From assembly GCF_002854065.1 (NCBI RefSeq), contig NZ_CP024147.1: 64,000 nt of DNA; one strand, given 5' to 3'. The notes beneath the pieces are model-generated. The model saw only the letters and a program-made list of their open reading frames with translations, ran no database searches and was not told the origin of the DNA. Positions 27,266 to 38,591 of the stretch are shown here, piece by piece. The position numbers were made by a program, and so were the translations under genes. Within the stretch, counting starts at the first letter, position 1. Each line of letters opens with the position of its first letter. Origin of the DNA: Escherichia coli (GTDB taxonomy: Bacteria; Pseudomonadota; Gammaproteobacteria; Enterobacterales; Enterobacteriaceae).

Positions 27266-28575
27266 TATTCCGCCTCCAGAACCATTGCCGCGCCAAGCCC
27301 ACCGGCAGCACAGGCGGTAACTAAACCAAATCCACCGCCGCGACGGCGAAGTTCATGCAATGTCTGGGTAATCATCCGCGCGCCGGTCGCCGCGAAGGGA
27401 TGCCCGTAAGCAATCGAACCGCCAAGCACGTTAAATTTGCTATCGTCCACTTCGCCAGTGGCATGTGCACGCCCCAGTGCTTCACGAGCAAAACGTTCAC
27501 TACCCAGCAACTGAATATTCGCCAGTGTCTGAGCTGCAAAAGCTTCGTGCATATCGATCAATGTCAGATCGCTCATCGTCAAACCGGCACGCTCCAGCGC
27601 CAGCGGTGTTGACCAGGCTGGACCGAGCAACATGTCCTGCCAGACATCGATAGCGGTAAATGCGTAGCTGCGCAGATATCCCAGCGGTACCAGCCCTAAT
27701 TCTTTCGTCCGGGATTCAGTCATCAGGATCACCGCCGCTGCGCCATCGGTCAGCGGCGTACTGTTCGCCGCCGTTACCGTTCCGTGTTTACGATCAAACG
27801 CCGGACGCAGCTTTGCGTAATCAGCAAGCGAGGAATTACCGCGAATATTGTTGTCTTCAGCGAGCAGTTGTTTATAAGGAGGGATAAAGGCAGTCATCAC
27901 CTCTTCTTTGAGTTTCCCTTCTGACCACGCCTGGGCGGCACGCTGATGCGAACGGTGGGCTAACGCATCTTGCTGTTCACGAGTGATGCCGTAGGTTTTC
28001 GCCATTTGCTCTGCAGTGTCGCCCATCCGCAAGCCGGTAGAATATTCTGCTACCGCAGGTGGTACGGGCATTAAGTCGCGCAAACGCAGGCGAGAGAAGA
28101 GTTTCAGACGCTGACTCATTGTGCGGGCTTTGTTGACATCAACCAGCACGCGCGCCAGTTTTTTACTGACGCCAATTGGCAATACCGAAGAGGAATCTGC
28201 CCCACCGGCAATCCCCGCTCGGATAGTCCCCGCCATCAGGCTTTCTGCGACGTTTGCAACCGCCTGGAAACTGGTAGCGCAAGCGCGGCTGACGCTGTAA
28301 GCATCGGTATGCACATTCATTCCAGTACCGAGAACAATTTCACGCGCAATGTTGGGAGCTTCAGGCATTTGTACGACCTGACCAAAGACCAGTTGTTCAA
28401 TCACTTCGGCGGGGATCTCGCTGCGTGCCAGCAGTTCGCCTACCACCATCATCCCTAAATCAACCGCGGGAATGCCATGAAAAGCCGTCGCCTGGCGGGC
28501 AAAAGGCGTACGTAAACCGCTAACAATGGCGATACGATCGCCCTGCCGGGTAACCAGCGGTAAAACCTGACCCAT
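27265..28575 (-). CDS. fadI: 3-ketoacyl-CoA thiolase (anaerobic beta-oxidation beta subunit)
   Basis: 436-aa thiolase ORF (VSRACATS active-site Cys region); its stop overlaps the fadJ start. Confidence 0.96.
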   Translation of the reverse strand: MGQVLPLVTRQGDRIAIVSGLRTPFARQATAFHGIPAVDLGMMVVGELLARSEIPAEVIEQLVFGQVVQMPEAPNIAREIVLGTGMNVHTDAYSVSRACATSFQAVANVAESLMAGTIRAGIAGGADSSSVLPIGVSKKLARVLVDVNKARTMSQRLKLFSRLRLRDLMPVPPAVAEYSTGLRMGDTAEQMAKTYGITREQQDALAHRSHQRAAQAWSEGKLKEEVMTAFIPPYKQLLAEDNNIRGNSSLADYAKLRPAFDRKHGTVTAANSTPLTDGAAAVILMTESRTKELGLVPLGYLRSYAFTAIDVWQDMLLGPAWSTPLALERAGLTMSDLTLIDMHEAFAAQTLANIQLLGSERFAREALGRAHATGEVDDSKFNVLGGSIAYGHPFAATGARMITQTLHELRRRGGGFGLVTACAAGGLGAAMVLEAE

Positions 28576-28593
28576 AACACTCCCCTGTAAATA

Positions 28594-28610
28594 AAGTGGT
28601 CTGACCTGAT
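28594..28610 (-). promoter_or_regulatory. Probable FadR operator upstream of fadIJ
   Basis: aagtggtctgacctgat contains the TGGTCnGACCTG core of the FadR consensus, 19 nt upstream of the fadI ATG. fadIJ is a known FadR-repressed operon. Confidence 0.6.
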
Positions 28611-28689
28611 CATAGTCTTAACCATTTTTTTACATTTAGCCAAGCGGAGAAAAGGGAAAGTGGGAGCTATGACACAGAGAGAAAAGAAG

Positions 28690-28730
28690 AAGAGAAAAGA
28701 AAACGCCCCTGCCAGCAATTGACAGGGGCG
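28690..28730 (-). terminator. Intrinsic terminator of yfcZ
   Basis: Stem cgcccctg/caggggcg (28704-28711 / 28723-28730), followed on the minus strand by a long T-rich run. Confidence 0.7.
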
Positions 28731-28747
28731 TACGTACCCGAGAGGAA

Positions 28748-29032
28748 TTAACGCAGACCCAGCTGGAAGATCAGCATTTCAGCTTCGCAGGCAAAAGTGA
28801 AATCGATATCCAGGCGCACACCATCAGACTCTTCAGTGAAAGTCGGGGAGATTTTGCACGGTTCGGATTCCACGCTACGGGCTTTTTCAGTCAGCGCCGC
28901 CAGCGTTTGTTCTGCTTCTGCGCGGTTTGCAAACACGCGGCTGTAAGACGCGGTGCAGTCGGAGTTGTCCATAATGGTGCCAACATCCATACAGCAGCAA
29001 ACCGGGGTTTCATCAGCACTACATTTACTCAT
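28748..29032 (-). CDS. yfcZ: UPF0381 protein YfcZ
   Basis: Track ORF is 102 aa; start trimmed to MSKCSADETPVCCCMDVG... (94 aa). Confidence 0.9.
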   Translation of the reverse strand: MSKCSADETPVCCCMDVGTIMDNSDCTASYSRVFANRAEAEQTLAALTEKARSVESEPCKISPTFTEESDGVRLDIDFTFACEAEMLIFQLGLR

Positions 29033-29277
29033 CGTTGATTTCCTCTGTATGTGCACCCAAGGTGCCAGATAAACGTTGTGGATATTTTACGCTTCCGGAA
29101 AGTGCTGCTCCAGTTGTTAATTCTGCAAAATCGGATAAGTGACCGAAATCACACTTAAAAATGATCTAAAACAAAATTCACCCGAATCCATGAGTGCGAC
29201 ACCTCCAAATTTTGCCAGCTGGATCGCGTTTCTTAGATCATATTTGAAAAAAGATAGAAACATACTTGCAACATTCC

Positions 29278-29318
29278 AGCTGGTCCGACCTATACTCTCG
29301 CCACTGGTCTGATTTCTA
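29278..29318 (+). promoter_or_regulatory. Two FadR operators in the fadL promoter
   Basis: agctggtccgacctata (29278-29294) and cactggtctgatttcta (29302-29318) both match the FadR consensus AnCTGGTCnGAyntnTt. They lie about 90-125 nt upstream of fadL. Confidence 0.75.
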
Positions 29319-29403
29319 AGATGTACCTCAGACCCTACACTTCGCGCTCCTGTTACAGCACGTAACATAGTTTGTATAAAAATAAATCATTGAGGTTATG
29401 GTC

Positions 29404-30744
29404 ATGAGCCAGAAAACCCTGTTTACAAAGTCTGCTCTCGCAGTCGCAGTGGCACTTATCTCCACCCAGGCCTGGTCGGCAGGCTTTCAGTTAAACGAAT
29501 TTTCTTCCTCTGGCCTGGGCCGGGCTTATTCAGGGGAAGGCGCAATTGCCGATGATGCAGGTAACGTCAGCCGTAACCCCGCATTGATTACTATGTTTGA
29601 CCGCCCGACATTTTCTGCGGGTGCGGTTTATATTGACCCGGATGTAAATATCAGCGGAACATCTCCATCTGGTCGTAGCCTGAAAGCCGATAACATCGCG
29701 CCTACGGCATGGGTTCCGAACATGCACTTTGTTGCACCGATTAACGACCAATTTGGTTGGGGCGCTTCTATTACCTCTAACTATGGCCTGGCAACAGAGT
29801 TTAACGATACTTATGCAGGCGGCTCTGTCGGGGGTACAACCGACCTTGAAACCATGAACCTGAACTTAAGCGGTGCGTATCGCTTAAATAATGCATGGAG
29901 CTTTGGTCTTGGTTTCAACGCCGTCTACGCTCGCGCGAAAATTGAACGTTTCGCAGGCGATCTGGGGCAGCTGGTTGCTGGTCAGATTATGCAATCTCCT
30001 GCTGGACAAACTCAGCAAGGGCAAGCATTGGCAGCTACCGCCAACGGTATCGACAGTAATACCAAAATCGCTCATCTGAACGGTAACCAGTGGGGCTTTG
30101 GCTGGAACGCCGGTATCCTGTATGAACTGGATAAAAATAACCGCTATGCACTGACCTACCGTTCTGAAGTGAAAATTGACTTCAAAGGTAACTACAGCAG
30201 CGATCTTAATCGTGCGTTTAATAACTACGGCTTGCCAATTCCTACTGCGACAGGTGGCGCAACGCAGTCAGGTTATCTGACGCTGAACCTGCCTGAAATG
30301 TGGGAAGTGTCGGGTTATAACCGTGTTGATCCGCAGTGGGCGATTCACTATAGCCTTGCTTATACCAGTTGGAGTCAGTTCCAGCAGCTGAAAGCGACCT
30401 CAACCAGTGGCGACACGCTGTTCCAGAAACATGAAGGCTTTAAAGATGCTTACCGCATCGCGTTGGGTACCACTTATTACTACGATGATAACTGGACCTT
30501 CCGTACCGGTATCGCCTTTGATGACAGCCCAGTTCCGGCACAGAATCGTTCTATCTCCATTCCGGACCAGGACCGTTTCTGGCTGAGTGCAGGTACGACT
30601 TACGCATTTAATAAAGATGCTTCAGTCGACGTTGGTGTTTCTTATATGCACGGTCAGAGCGTGAAAATTAACGAAGGCCCATACCAGTTCGAGTCTGAAG
30701 GTAAAGCCTGGCTGTTCGGTACTAACTTTAACTACGCGTTCTGA
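29404..30744 (+). CDS. fadL: Long-chain fatty acid outer-membrane channel
   Basis: Track ORF starts MVMSQK; start taken at [25 protein letters not shown] (signal peptide). Beta-barrel C-terminus ...NFNYAF. Confidence 0.96.
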   Translation: MSQKTLFTKSALAVAVALISTQAWSAGFQLNEFSSSGLGRAYSGEGAIADDAGNVSRNPALITMFDRPTFSAGAVYIDPDVNISGTSPSGRSLKADNIAPTAWVPNMHFVAPINDQFGWGASITSNYGLATEFNDTYAGGSVGGTTDLETMNLNLSGAYRLNNAWSFGLGFNAVYARAKIERFAGDLGQLVAGQIMQSPAGQTQQGQALAATANGIDSNTKIAHLNGNQWGFGWNAGILYELDKNNRYALTYRSEVKIDFKGNYSSDLNRAFNNYGLPIPTATGGATQSGYLTLNLPEMWEVSGYNRVDPQWAIHYSLAYTSWSQFQQLKATSTSGDTLFQKHEGFKDAYRIALGTTYYYDDNWTFRTGIAFDDSPVPAQNRSISIPDQDRFWLSAGTTYAFNKDASVDVGVSYMHGQSVKINEGPYQFESEGKAWLFGTNFNYAF

Positions 30745-30762
30745 TAACACGCTAGCTTAGTT

Positions 30763-30789
30763 AAAGTCACCTGCATAGCAGGTGGCTTT
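30763..30789 (+). terminator. Hairpin downstream of fadL (probable terminator)
   Basis: aaagtcacctgc-ata-gcaggtggcttt, a 12-bp stem 19 nt after the stop; the T-run is weak. Confidence 0.5.
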
Positions 30790-31110
30790 AACTCCCCCAC
30801 TTCACCGAAAGTAGTTTCCTCATTGCTTGCCTCCTGAGTTTTGCAAACAGCCTGATGGCAGCTTGCCCTTTCAAATCAGTAAGTGGTATCCACAGACAAA
30901 CATGAAGGGAAAGGCATATTTTCAGGCGTTCTGCTCGTCCTTCTCAAAGAGTTTACTTTTTTGAATTTCCAGGATACTCAAACCACCCTGGCTATTGTGC
31001 GCTTATACACGCAAATTAAAGATAGGTTCTAAATAAATGAGCGTTATTTGATAGTCTATTTTATTAGGTAATATATATTTGTAACAAATCAATCAACATG
31101 GAATAAAATC

Positions 31111-32355
31111 ATGCTACCATCTATTTCAATCAACAATACCAGCGCAGCTTACCCAGAATCCATCAATGAAAATAACAATGATGAAGTTAATGGATTAGTA
31201 CAAGAGTTCAAAAGCCTTTTTAATGGTAAGGAAGGAATAAGCACCTGTATTAAACATCTACTTGAGCTTATAAAAAACGCCATACGAGTAAACGACAATC
31301 CTGAAAGAATTAATATCAATAATTCCTCAGTTACTTATATTGATATTGGCTCCAATGTTACAGGCTATATTACTATTGGTATCGACAACCAAGAACCAAT
31401 AGAATTACCTGCGAGTTATAAGGACAAAGAACTCGTCCGTACTATCATTAATGAGAACATAGTTGAGAAGGCTCATGATGATATAAATAATGCTGAATTT
31501 ACTGATGGTGGTATTGATGATCGTAGTGATATTGGCATTGACTCCAATGATACAGACGATATTGATATTGATAATCAAGAACCAATAAAATCACCCGCGA
31601 ACGATGAAAACAAAAAACTCGGCCAAACCCTCATCAATGAAAATGTAGTAGAGAATACTCATGATATCAATAACAAGAAAATGATCTTCAGCGCAATAAA
31701 AGAAATATATAATGGAGATCCTGATTTCATTTTCGATAAAATATCACGTAATCTCATACATACGGTAACGGAATTCGATGAGAGCGGGAAAAGCGAACCA
31801 ACGGACTTATTTACTTGGTACGGTAAAGATAAAAAAGGCGACTCTCTCGCTATTGTAATTAAAAATATAAACGGAAACGATTATTTATCTCTCGGTTACT
31901 ACGATCAGGACAACTACCACATTAAAAGAGGAATTCGTATTAATAGTGATAGTCTCACACAATATTGTAGTGAAAACGCCAGGAATGCTTCAGCGTCGTT
32001 TGAAAGCAATAAAGCTATCATGGCAGAATTATTTGCAACAGGTATAAATCATCAATTTGTAAATGAACTCAACGGGGAAAGACTGAGAGAACCAAACGAA
32101 GTTTTTAAACGTTATGGTCGAGCAATAAGATATGATTTTCAAGTGGACAATGCAAAATATAGACGCAATAATGTAAAAGAAATAGTTTCTACTTTATTCG
32201 ATAACGAAGTTAACACTGACCATTCTCAAAATATATATGTGCACTATAAGAAACTCGAAGGTAAAATTGAAGAAAGGCTTCAAAATTGCCAGACGGAATA
32301 TCAAAATGAAATTAATCAACTATCTGCGTTAGGTGTTAATTTTGATGATATTTAA
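31111..32355 (+). CDS. yfdF: YfdF-like protein of unknown function, AT-rich gene with an internal duplication
   Basis: 414-aa ORF MLPSISINNTSAAYPESINENNND... in the fadL-mlaA gap where yfdF lies in K-12. Asn/Asp/Ile-rich; the gene is visibly AT-rich compared with its neighbours. Confidence 0.8.
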   Translation: MLPSISINNTSAAYPESINENNNDEVNGLVQEFKSLFNGKEGISTCIKHLLELIKNAIRVNDNPERININNSSVTYIDIGSNVTGYITIGIDNQEPIELPASYKDKELVRTIINENIVEKAHDDINNAEFTDGGIDDRSDIGIDSNDTDDIDIDNQEPIKSPANDENKKLGQTLINENVVENTHDINNKKMIFSAIKEIYNGDPDFIFDKISRNLIHTVTEFDESGKSEPTDLFTWYGKDKKGDSLAIVIKNINGNDYLSLGYYDQDNYHIKRGIRINSDSLTQYCSENARNASASFESNKAIMAELFATGINHQFVNELNGERLREPNEVFKRYGRAIRYDFQVDNAKYRRNNVKEIVSTLFDNEVNTDHSQNIYVHYKKLEGKIEERLQNCQTEYQNEINQLSALGVNFDDI

Positions 32356-32494
32356 AATTATTTTTCCAGTTTTTTGATTTTTCAACGACTGAATATCTGA
32401 AATAGTCATGACGAACATCAGTATTTTTACATAATTACGTCCGGGTCATTGTCGGTTTATCTCCTTTTACTTGTGGTAATTGAGGGATAACAAC

Positions 32495-32526
32495 AAAAAA
32501 GGTGAGTATTGCGACTCACCTTTTTT
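32495..32526. terminator. Bidirectional intrinsic terminator between yfdF-like gene and mlaA
   Basis: aaaaaa-ggtgagt-attgcg-actcacc-tttttt: a hairpin flanked by an A-run and a T-run between convergent genes. Confidence 0.8.
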
Positions 32527-32535
32527 ATTTGTTTC

Positions 32536-33291
32536 TTATTCAGAATCGATATCTTTTAAATCATCCTGAATCGCTTGCGCGTTCGGATTTTCCTGCGGTT
32601 TGAGTTCGCCGCCATTAGCGATGAAATCATGACGCTGGAAGTACGCTTCGCGCACCATAATATAAGGATCGGACGACTGACGCAGCAGACCGTCGGAATC
32701 CAACAACTGCGCACGAGTTTCTATCCCTTCAAGCGTCCATTTACCCACAGACATCGGCCAGGTCAGCCAGGATAGAACCGGGTAAAGACCATCCGCCATA
32801 TCACCACCGTCATCACGCAGCGTGAAGCTACCGTAGAACGGTAACTGGACGTACGGGCCATAACCCACGCCATAATGACCAAGCGTACTACCGAAGCGGT
32901 GAGGTTCAGTCCGTTGCAGTTTCGGGTTCGCCATCCCTGCAACATCAATAAAACCACCCATCCCCAAAATGGTGTTCAGGAAAAAGCGGGTAAAGTGGAC
33001 CATCCCCTGATAAGGGTCGCCCTGCAAGAAGTAGTTCACCATCACCGCGGGTTCTTCAAGGTTGCCGGTAAAGTTGCTCAAACCGTTACGCGCCGGTTGC
33101 GGAACATAATCACGCCAGGCGACAGCGACCGGTCGAACAATATACGGGTCTAGTACGTTGAAGTTGAAGTTGTACATGGTGCGGTTGAACCCTTCTAACG
33201 GGTCAGAACGCCCTTGCTGATCTGTACCGGAACTCGCACACCCCACCAGAAGCGTAGTTCCCAGAGCAAGCGCCGACAGGCGAAGCTTCAT
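32536..33291 (-). CDS. mlaA: Outer-membrane lipoprotein MlaA (VacJ)
   Basis: 251-aa ORF with a lipobox (LLVGCAS) and MlaA-family body. Confidence 0.95.
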   Translation of the reverse strand: MKLRLSALALGTTLLVGCASSGTDQQGRSDPLEGFNRTMYNFNFNVLDPYIVRPVAVAWRDYVPQPARNGLSNFTGNLEEPAVMVNYFLQGDPYQGMVHFTRFFLNTILGMGGFIDVAGMANPKLQRTEPHRFGSTLGHYGVGYGPYVQLPFYGSFTLRDDGGDMADGLYPVLSWLTWPMSVGKWTLEGIETRAQLLDSDGLLRQSSDPYIMVREAYFQRHDFIANGGELKPQENPNAQAIQDDLKDIDSE

Positions 33292-33584
33292 AAATGTCTC
33301 CCTGTTTTTTTATGGCTTATGCAGTTTGCCATCCATGACGGAACGATACCGTATCCGCCTGTTTAGGTGTGGGCGATTGTAACAGCACGTCAACTGATGT
33401 CCAGACGCCCTGATTTGCTGATTTGATCATAGCCTGGTAATCGCCGCCCTGTAGGCTACTTGATTCTATGGAAACAGAAAAAGGCAAACGCGGCCTTTTC
33501 TTCATTTTCAGAGTAACTCCCGCCAGTTGCGAGCAAAAAAGCCGCTACGCTTTAGTTATACGTGCTAATTCAAGAGAAGAGACC

Positions 33585-34517
33585 ATGGACAACAACAAAA
33601 TTGATCAACACAGCGACGAAATTGAAGTTGAGAGCGAAGAAAAAGAGCGCGGCAAAAAAATAGAAATAGATGAAGACCGACTCCCCTCCCGGGCGATGGC
33701 AATTCATGAGCATATCCGCCAGGATGGTGAAAAAGAGCTGGAACGCGACGCAATGGCGCTACTGTGGTCAGCCATTGCGGCGGGTCTGTCGATGGGCGCT
33801 TCGCTACTGGCAAAAGGGATATTTCATGTCGAACTGGAAGGCGTGCCGGGCAGCTTCTTGCTGGAGAATCTCGGTTATACCTTTGGTTTTATTATCGTCA
33901 TTATGGCCCGCCAGCAATTATTTACCGAAAACACCGTGACTGCGGTACTACCCGTCATGCAAAAACCGACAATGAGCAACGTTGGCTTACTTATGCGGTT
34001 ATGGGGCGTCGTGCTGCTGGGTAATATTCTCGGGACAGGTATTGCGGCGTGGGCATTTGAATATATGCCAATCTTCAATGAAGAAACTCGCGATGCATTT
34101 GTCAAAATCGGCATGGATGTGATGAAGAACACCCCCAGCGAGATGTTTGCCAACGCGATCATTTCCGGCTGGCTGATCGCCACTATGGTATGGATGTTTC
34201 CTGCAGCGGGTGCGGCAAAGATTGTGGTGATTATATTGATGACCTGGCTTATTGCCCTGGGTGACACCACTCACATCGTTGTCGGTTCTGTTGAAATCCT
34301 CTATCTGGTGTTTAACGGTACGCTGCACTGGAGCGATTTCATCTGGCCCTTCGCACTACCTACTTTAGCGGGGAACATCTGCGGCGGCACCTTTATCTTC
34401 GCGTTAATGAGTCATGCACAGATCCGTAACGACATGAGCAACAAGCGCAAAGCAGAAGCACGCCAAAAAGCAGAACGTGCGGAAAACATTAAGAAAAATG
34501 ATAAAAACCCGGCATAA
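33585..34517 (+). CDS. yfdC: Formate/nitrite transporter-family inner membrane protein YfdC
   Basis: Track ORF is 349 aa; start trimmed to MDNNKIDQHSDEIEVESEEKERG... (310 aa). Polytopic C-terminal two-thirds. Confidence 0.9.
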   Translation: MDNNKIDQHSDEIEVESEEKERGKKIEIDEDRLPSRAMAIHEHIRQDGEKELERDAMALLWSAIAAGLSMGASLLAKGIFHVELEGVPGSFLLENLGYTFGFIIVIMARQQLFTENTVTAVLPVMQKPTMSNVGLLMRLWGVVLLGNILGTGIAAWAFEYMPIFNEETRDAFVKIGMDVMKNTPSEMFANAIISGWLIATMVWMFPAAGAAKIVVIILMTWLIALGDTTHIVVGSVEILYLVFNGTLHWSDFIWPFALPTLAGNICGGTFIFALMSHAQIRNDMSNKRKAEARQKAERAENIKKNDKNPA

Positions 34518-34592
34518 ATGGCGAGGGTTTAAGCAATCGAGCGGCAGCGTACTTACCCCGCAGTCCATTAGCGGGTATACTCATGCCGCATT

Positions 34593-34667
34593 GTCCTCTT
34601 AGTTAAATGGATATAACGAGCCCCTCCTAAGGGCTAATTGCAGGTTCGATTCCTGCAGGGGACACCA
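34593..34667 (+). tRNA. argW: tRNA-Arg (anticodon CCU)
   Basis: GTCCTCTTAGTTAAATGGATATAACGAGCCCCTCCTAAGGGCTAATTGCAGGTTCGATTCCTGCAGGGGACACCA. Acceptor stem pairs; anticodon loop CT-CCT-AA; T-arm GGTTCGATTCC; encoded CCA. Confidence 0.95.
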
Positions 34668-34842
34668 TGCACACCTCTCCTGAAATCTACCATACCCCAC
34701 AAAAAGCCTTTATAATCAGCACATACCCTTACTTATGTTACTCAAATAGTCGCCTTAATTCTCCTCAGGGGAACGTAAATCAAGTCACATTTGGGGGCCT
34801 ATTTAGGGGCACATCTTGGTCAATCTATTGCGAGGCCCCCAG

Positions 34843-36033
34843 ATGCCACTGACAGCTCGACAAGTTGAAACAGCCAAACCCAAAGATAAAATTTATAAGA
34901 TTGCCGATGGTGGTGGGCTCTACCTTCAGGTCAATCCTAACGGCTCAAAGTACTGGCGAATGAAGTACCACTATGCGGGGAAGGAAAAGAAACTATCATT
35001 TGGCACCTATCCAACTATTACATTGGCTGAAGCTCGCAAACGTCGGGATGAAGCCAAGAAAATACATGCCGATGGTAAAGATCCCGGTGAAGTCAAGAAA
35101 GCTGAAAATCTTGAGAAAAACCTTTCCGAAGGAAGAACTTTTGCCGCAATCGCCACCGAGTGGTACAACGCAAAAGTTTCAGGCTGGTCTGCCAGCTACG
35201 CTGATTATGTCGACAGAGCATTCAAAAATAATGTGTTTCCCTACATTGGAAACAGACCCATTAGTGAAATCGAACCTCTTGAACTTCTCGCAGTTCTTCA
35301 GCGTATCGAAAGCCGAGGAGCCTGCGAGCTAGCTAATAAAGTTCGCCAACGATGTGGTGAAGTGTTTCGGTATGCCATTGTTACAGGTCGGGCACGATAC
35401 AATCCAGCTTCTGATCTGGTTATAGCAATGAAAAGCTATAAGCGAACACATTACCCTTTCCTGCTTCCTCCTGAACTACCAGAGTTTTTATACAAACTCG
35501 AAAACTACACCGGCAGTATTGTAACCCGTGAAGCTACAAAATTGTTGATGCTCACAGGGCTGAGAACAGTAGAATTACGTATGGGGGAATGGTGTGAGAT
35601 CGATTTTACCCAAAAGATATGGGAAGTTCCTCCGACCCGGATGAAAATGAGGAAGGAGCATATCGTCCCTCTGTCAGATCAGGCAATCCAGTCTCTGCAA
35701 ATCCTCAAAGAACTGACTGGAAGATACAGATACATCTTTGCCGGAAGAAATGATGTTAACAGGCCTATCAGCGATGCAAGCGTCAATATGGTTTTGAAGA
35801 AGATTGGCTATGACAAAAAAGCTACCGGGCATGGATTTCGTCATACAATGAGTACTGTTCTACACGAGCAAGGATTCAATAGTGCATGGATTGAAATGCA
35901 ACTTGCACATACGGACAAAAACAGCATTCGTGGTACATACAACCATGCTCGTTACCTTGAAGGAAGACGAGAAATGATGCAATGGTACGCTGACTACCTT
36001 GATGCTCTTCGAAAAGAGTCACCAGCTATATAA
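34843..36033 (+). CDS. P4-type tyrosine integrase of the argW island
   Basis: Track ORF 34816..36033; start taken at MPLTARQVETAKPKDKIYKIADGGGLYLQVNPNGSKYWRMKY (typical P4-integrase N-terminus). C-terminal catalytic residues HGFRHT...LAH...Y. Lies 176 nt after the tRNA. Confidence 0.92.
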   Translation: MPLTARQVETAKPKDKIYKIADGGGLYLQVNPNGSKYWRMKYHYAGKEKKLSFGTYPTITLAEARKRRDEAKKIHADGKDPGEVKKAENLEKNLSEGRTFAAIATEWYNAKVSGWSASYADYVDRAFKNNVFPYIGNRPISEIEPLELLAVLQRIESRGACELANKVRQRCGEVFRYAIVTGRARYNPASDLVIAMKSYKRTHYPFLLPPELPEFLYKLENYTGSIVTREATKLLMLTGLRTVELRMGEWCEIDFTQKIWEVPPTRMKMRKEHIVPLSDQAIQSLQILKELTGRYRYIFAGRNDVNRPISDASVNMVLKKIGYDKKATGHGFRHTMSTVLHEQGFNSAWIEMQLAHTDKNSIRGTYNHARYLEGRREMMQWYADYLDALRKESPAI

Positions 36034-36702
36034 TCGCTTGATTTTAAAGGCTGACTTAACGATATCCCCCTGATAGTCATTTATCAGTTATCTAATTATT
36101 AAGTCAGCCATAATCCCCTAAGTATCATTCCTTAATCAGATTCAGCACCTTGTAATACGACCGGTTAATTTAGAAAGAGACGATAGATAAACGCTTATGA
36201 TGAAATACTAAGAAATTACTTCAGGCTCTATTAACTGGAGCTGTAATAGACAATAATTTAAATAACGCAATAGTTATATTTATATCTTAATATAAATTTC
36301 CACTGTATTTAACGTCCAGGGAGCCATCTTGAAAGGATAAAAATTCACATTATCACCATAAAATCACAACGACACCAAAACACATTTCACAACAACACCC
36401 TTGCAATAAACCTGTTTTTAACAAAAAATCAAAGACTGAAAAGAGTTTTGATTCAGAAAACCACATGAGACATGCTTAATATTTTTCAGTTTATCTAAAG
36501 GACGCGTTCATCTTTATTACAAAAATATAAGTACACTGTACTTATTAAACATCCAAAAATCACACCAGTTAATATTTCTTGTATTACTGTAATTTCTGGA
36601 AAAATTTCTTCAAAAAAAAATATAGCATACATATCTTTATATGCTATAAAAGATAAGGCAGATTTATAACATACTTGCCTCAATAGAACTATCTAAGGGT
36701 TT

Positions 36703-36730
36703 GCCTCCACATATAGTGGAGGCTTTTTTT
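36703..36730 (+). terminator. Orphan intrinsic terminator in AT-rich spacer
   Basis: gcctccac-atata-gtggaggc followed by ttttttt. No plus-strand ORF of 60 aa or more lies upstream. Confidence 0.65.
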
Positions 36731-37299
36731 ACCCAATAACAATATTATTCTGACACTTTATTCCTGTAATCAACAGCAAAAGTATCAAACCAGATGATAA
36801 TTATTTTCATATTGAGTTTTATTATTCTTTTATATTGTCAATTCTAATCATAATTTATAATAAATTTTTAATTATTATATTTGCAAAACACAATAATAAT
36901 AAATTTCTCATTTTTAATTGCAAGTAATATACCTATAACATTTCAAGAATAAACTTTCACAGGTGATTATGACCAATGATATTAACGCCGAACCAAAACA
37001 CCTACAAAGTAGTAACCAATAATAGGCATGTAACATTACTTAACACTGGAATTAAATATCATCACGCAATGTAAATATTTATAAATTAACCAGATTACAT
37101 TGACCATTTTGTTCAGTTTTATAATTATTCCAATATAATGATATTCCAGTGTAAGTAGTTCAGGTTAGTTCATTTGAATTTTATAAGTAGACATGACAAG
37201 AAGAAATATGCGTTACTTTTTTATCATTTCTGATCTTATTATCTATAAGTCGATCAAAGAAAGATTGATTACTATGAAATTTGATTCATGGAGTGACAC

Positions 37300-37421
37300 A
37301 TGACAAAGGGGAATATATCTGAAAGAGACTTTGATATCCTGATCAAGCTATCAGGAATACATAGCGAGAAGGCAATTCTTGCTTTGAAAAAATACTATGT
37401 CGATGGGGTCATCAGGAAAAT
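37300..37421 (+). pseudogene. PapB/FocB-like small fimbrial regulator, 5' part (3' part at 38655-38721), split by the IS3-like element
   Basis: ATG at 37300 reads MTKGNISERDFDILIKLSGIHSEKAILALKKYYVDGVIRK. The same frame resumes after the IS (INEEKISIYALETKISSQGNC*). It resembles the PapB core (...MSEMHFFLLIGISSIHSDRVILAMKDYLVGGHSRKE...), recalled from memory. Confidence 0.45.
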
Positions 37422-37451
37422 TGATCCTACCCACGTAATGTGGACACGGCC

Positions 37452-38295
37452 CTAAGCGAGATTATGGTTTTCAAATTGTTCCGGGCTGAGACCGCCACAG
37501 GCACTGTGACGACGCCAGCGATTGTAATCACACTCGATATAATTAAACACCGTTGCCCGCATTATTTCCCGGCTGCTAAAGCGTTCCCCGTGGATACATT
37601 CCACCTTCAGCGAATGAAAGAAGCTTTCCACACAGGCATTGTCATAACAGTAGACTTTCGCACTCATACTGCCACGCAGGTTGTGTCGCTTCAGCAGCGC
37701 CTGATAATCCCCTGAACAGTATTGACCACCACGGTCCGTATGAACAATGACGCTTTCCGGGCGTCTTCTCCGCCACAACGCCATTTGTAGTGCATCACAG
37801 GCCAGTTGTGCTGTCATTCGCGGTGACATCGACCAGCCAATGACGGCGCGTGACCACAGGTCGATGACTACTGCGAGATACAACCAGCCCTCATCGGTAC
37901 GCAAGTACGTGATGTCACCCGCCCACTTCTGGTTCGGGCCTCTGGCGCTGAAGTCCTGCTCCAGCAGATTCTCCAATACGGGCAGGCCATGTGCACGGTA
38001 GCTGACCGGGCTGAACTTTCGCCCGCAGCCCCTGACGACGCAGGCTGGCGGCAATGGTTTTAATATTGAACTCCGGCAGTTCGTCAGCAAGGCGGGGAGC
38101 ACCGTATCGCTGCTTTGCCTCAAAGAATGCCTTATGGACAGCGGCATCGCAGGTGAGCCGAAACTGTTGGCGAAGGCTCATCTGGTGACGACGCCTGAGC
38201 CAGACATACCAGCCGCTGCGGGCAACCCGAAGTACACGACACATCGCTTTGATGCAGAACTCTGCCCGATGATTTTCGATGAAGACATACTTCAT
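37452..38295 (-). pseudogene. IS3-like OrfB (DDE integrase-type transposase), frameshifted
   Basis: Track ORFs 37915..38295 ([30 protein letters not shown]...) and 37452..38147 (...[34 protein letters not shown]...HTDRGGQY...) are in different frames. Confidence 0.88.
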
Positions 38296-38591
38296 TTCAG
38301 GCGATTCGCGAAGTATGTCGCGGCCTTTTGGAGGATGGCCAGTTCCTCAGCCTGCTCCGCCAGTTGTCGTTTAAGGCGGACATTTTCAGCGGCCAGTTCG
38401 CTTTCGCGCTCTGACGAACTCATTTGTTGCTGCTGTTTACTGCGCCAGGCATAAAGCTGAGATTCATAAAGGCTGAGTTCACGGGCTGCGGCGGCCACAC
38501 CGATGCGTTCAGCGAGTTTCAGGGCTTCGTTACGAAATTCAGGCGAATGTTGTTCACGGGGCTTCTTGCTGATTGATACTGGTTTTGTCAT
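38292..38591 (-). CDS. IS3-like OrfA (HTH)
   Basis: 99-aa [55 protein letters not shown]..., close to IS3 OrfA. Confidence 0.9.
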   Translation of the reverse strand: MTKPVSISKKPREQHSPEFRNEALKLAERIGVAAAARELSLYESQLYAWRSKQQQQMSSSERESELAAENVRLKRQLAEQAEELAILQKAATYFANRLK

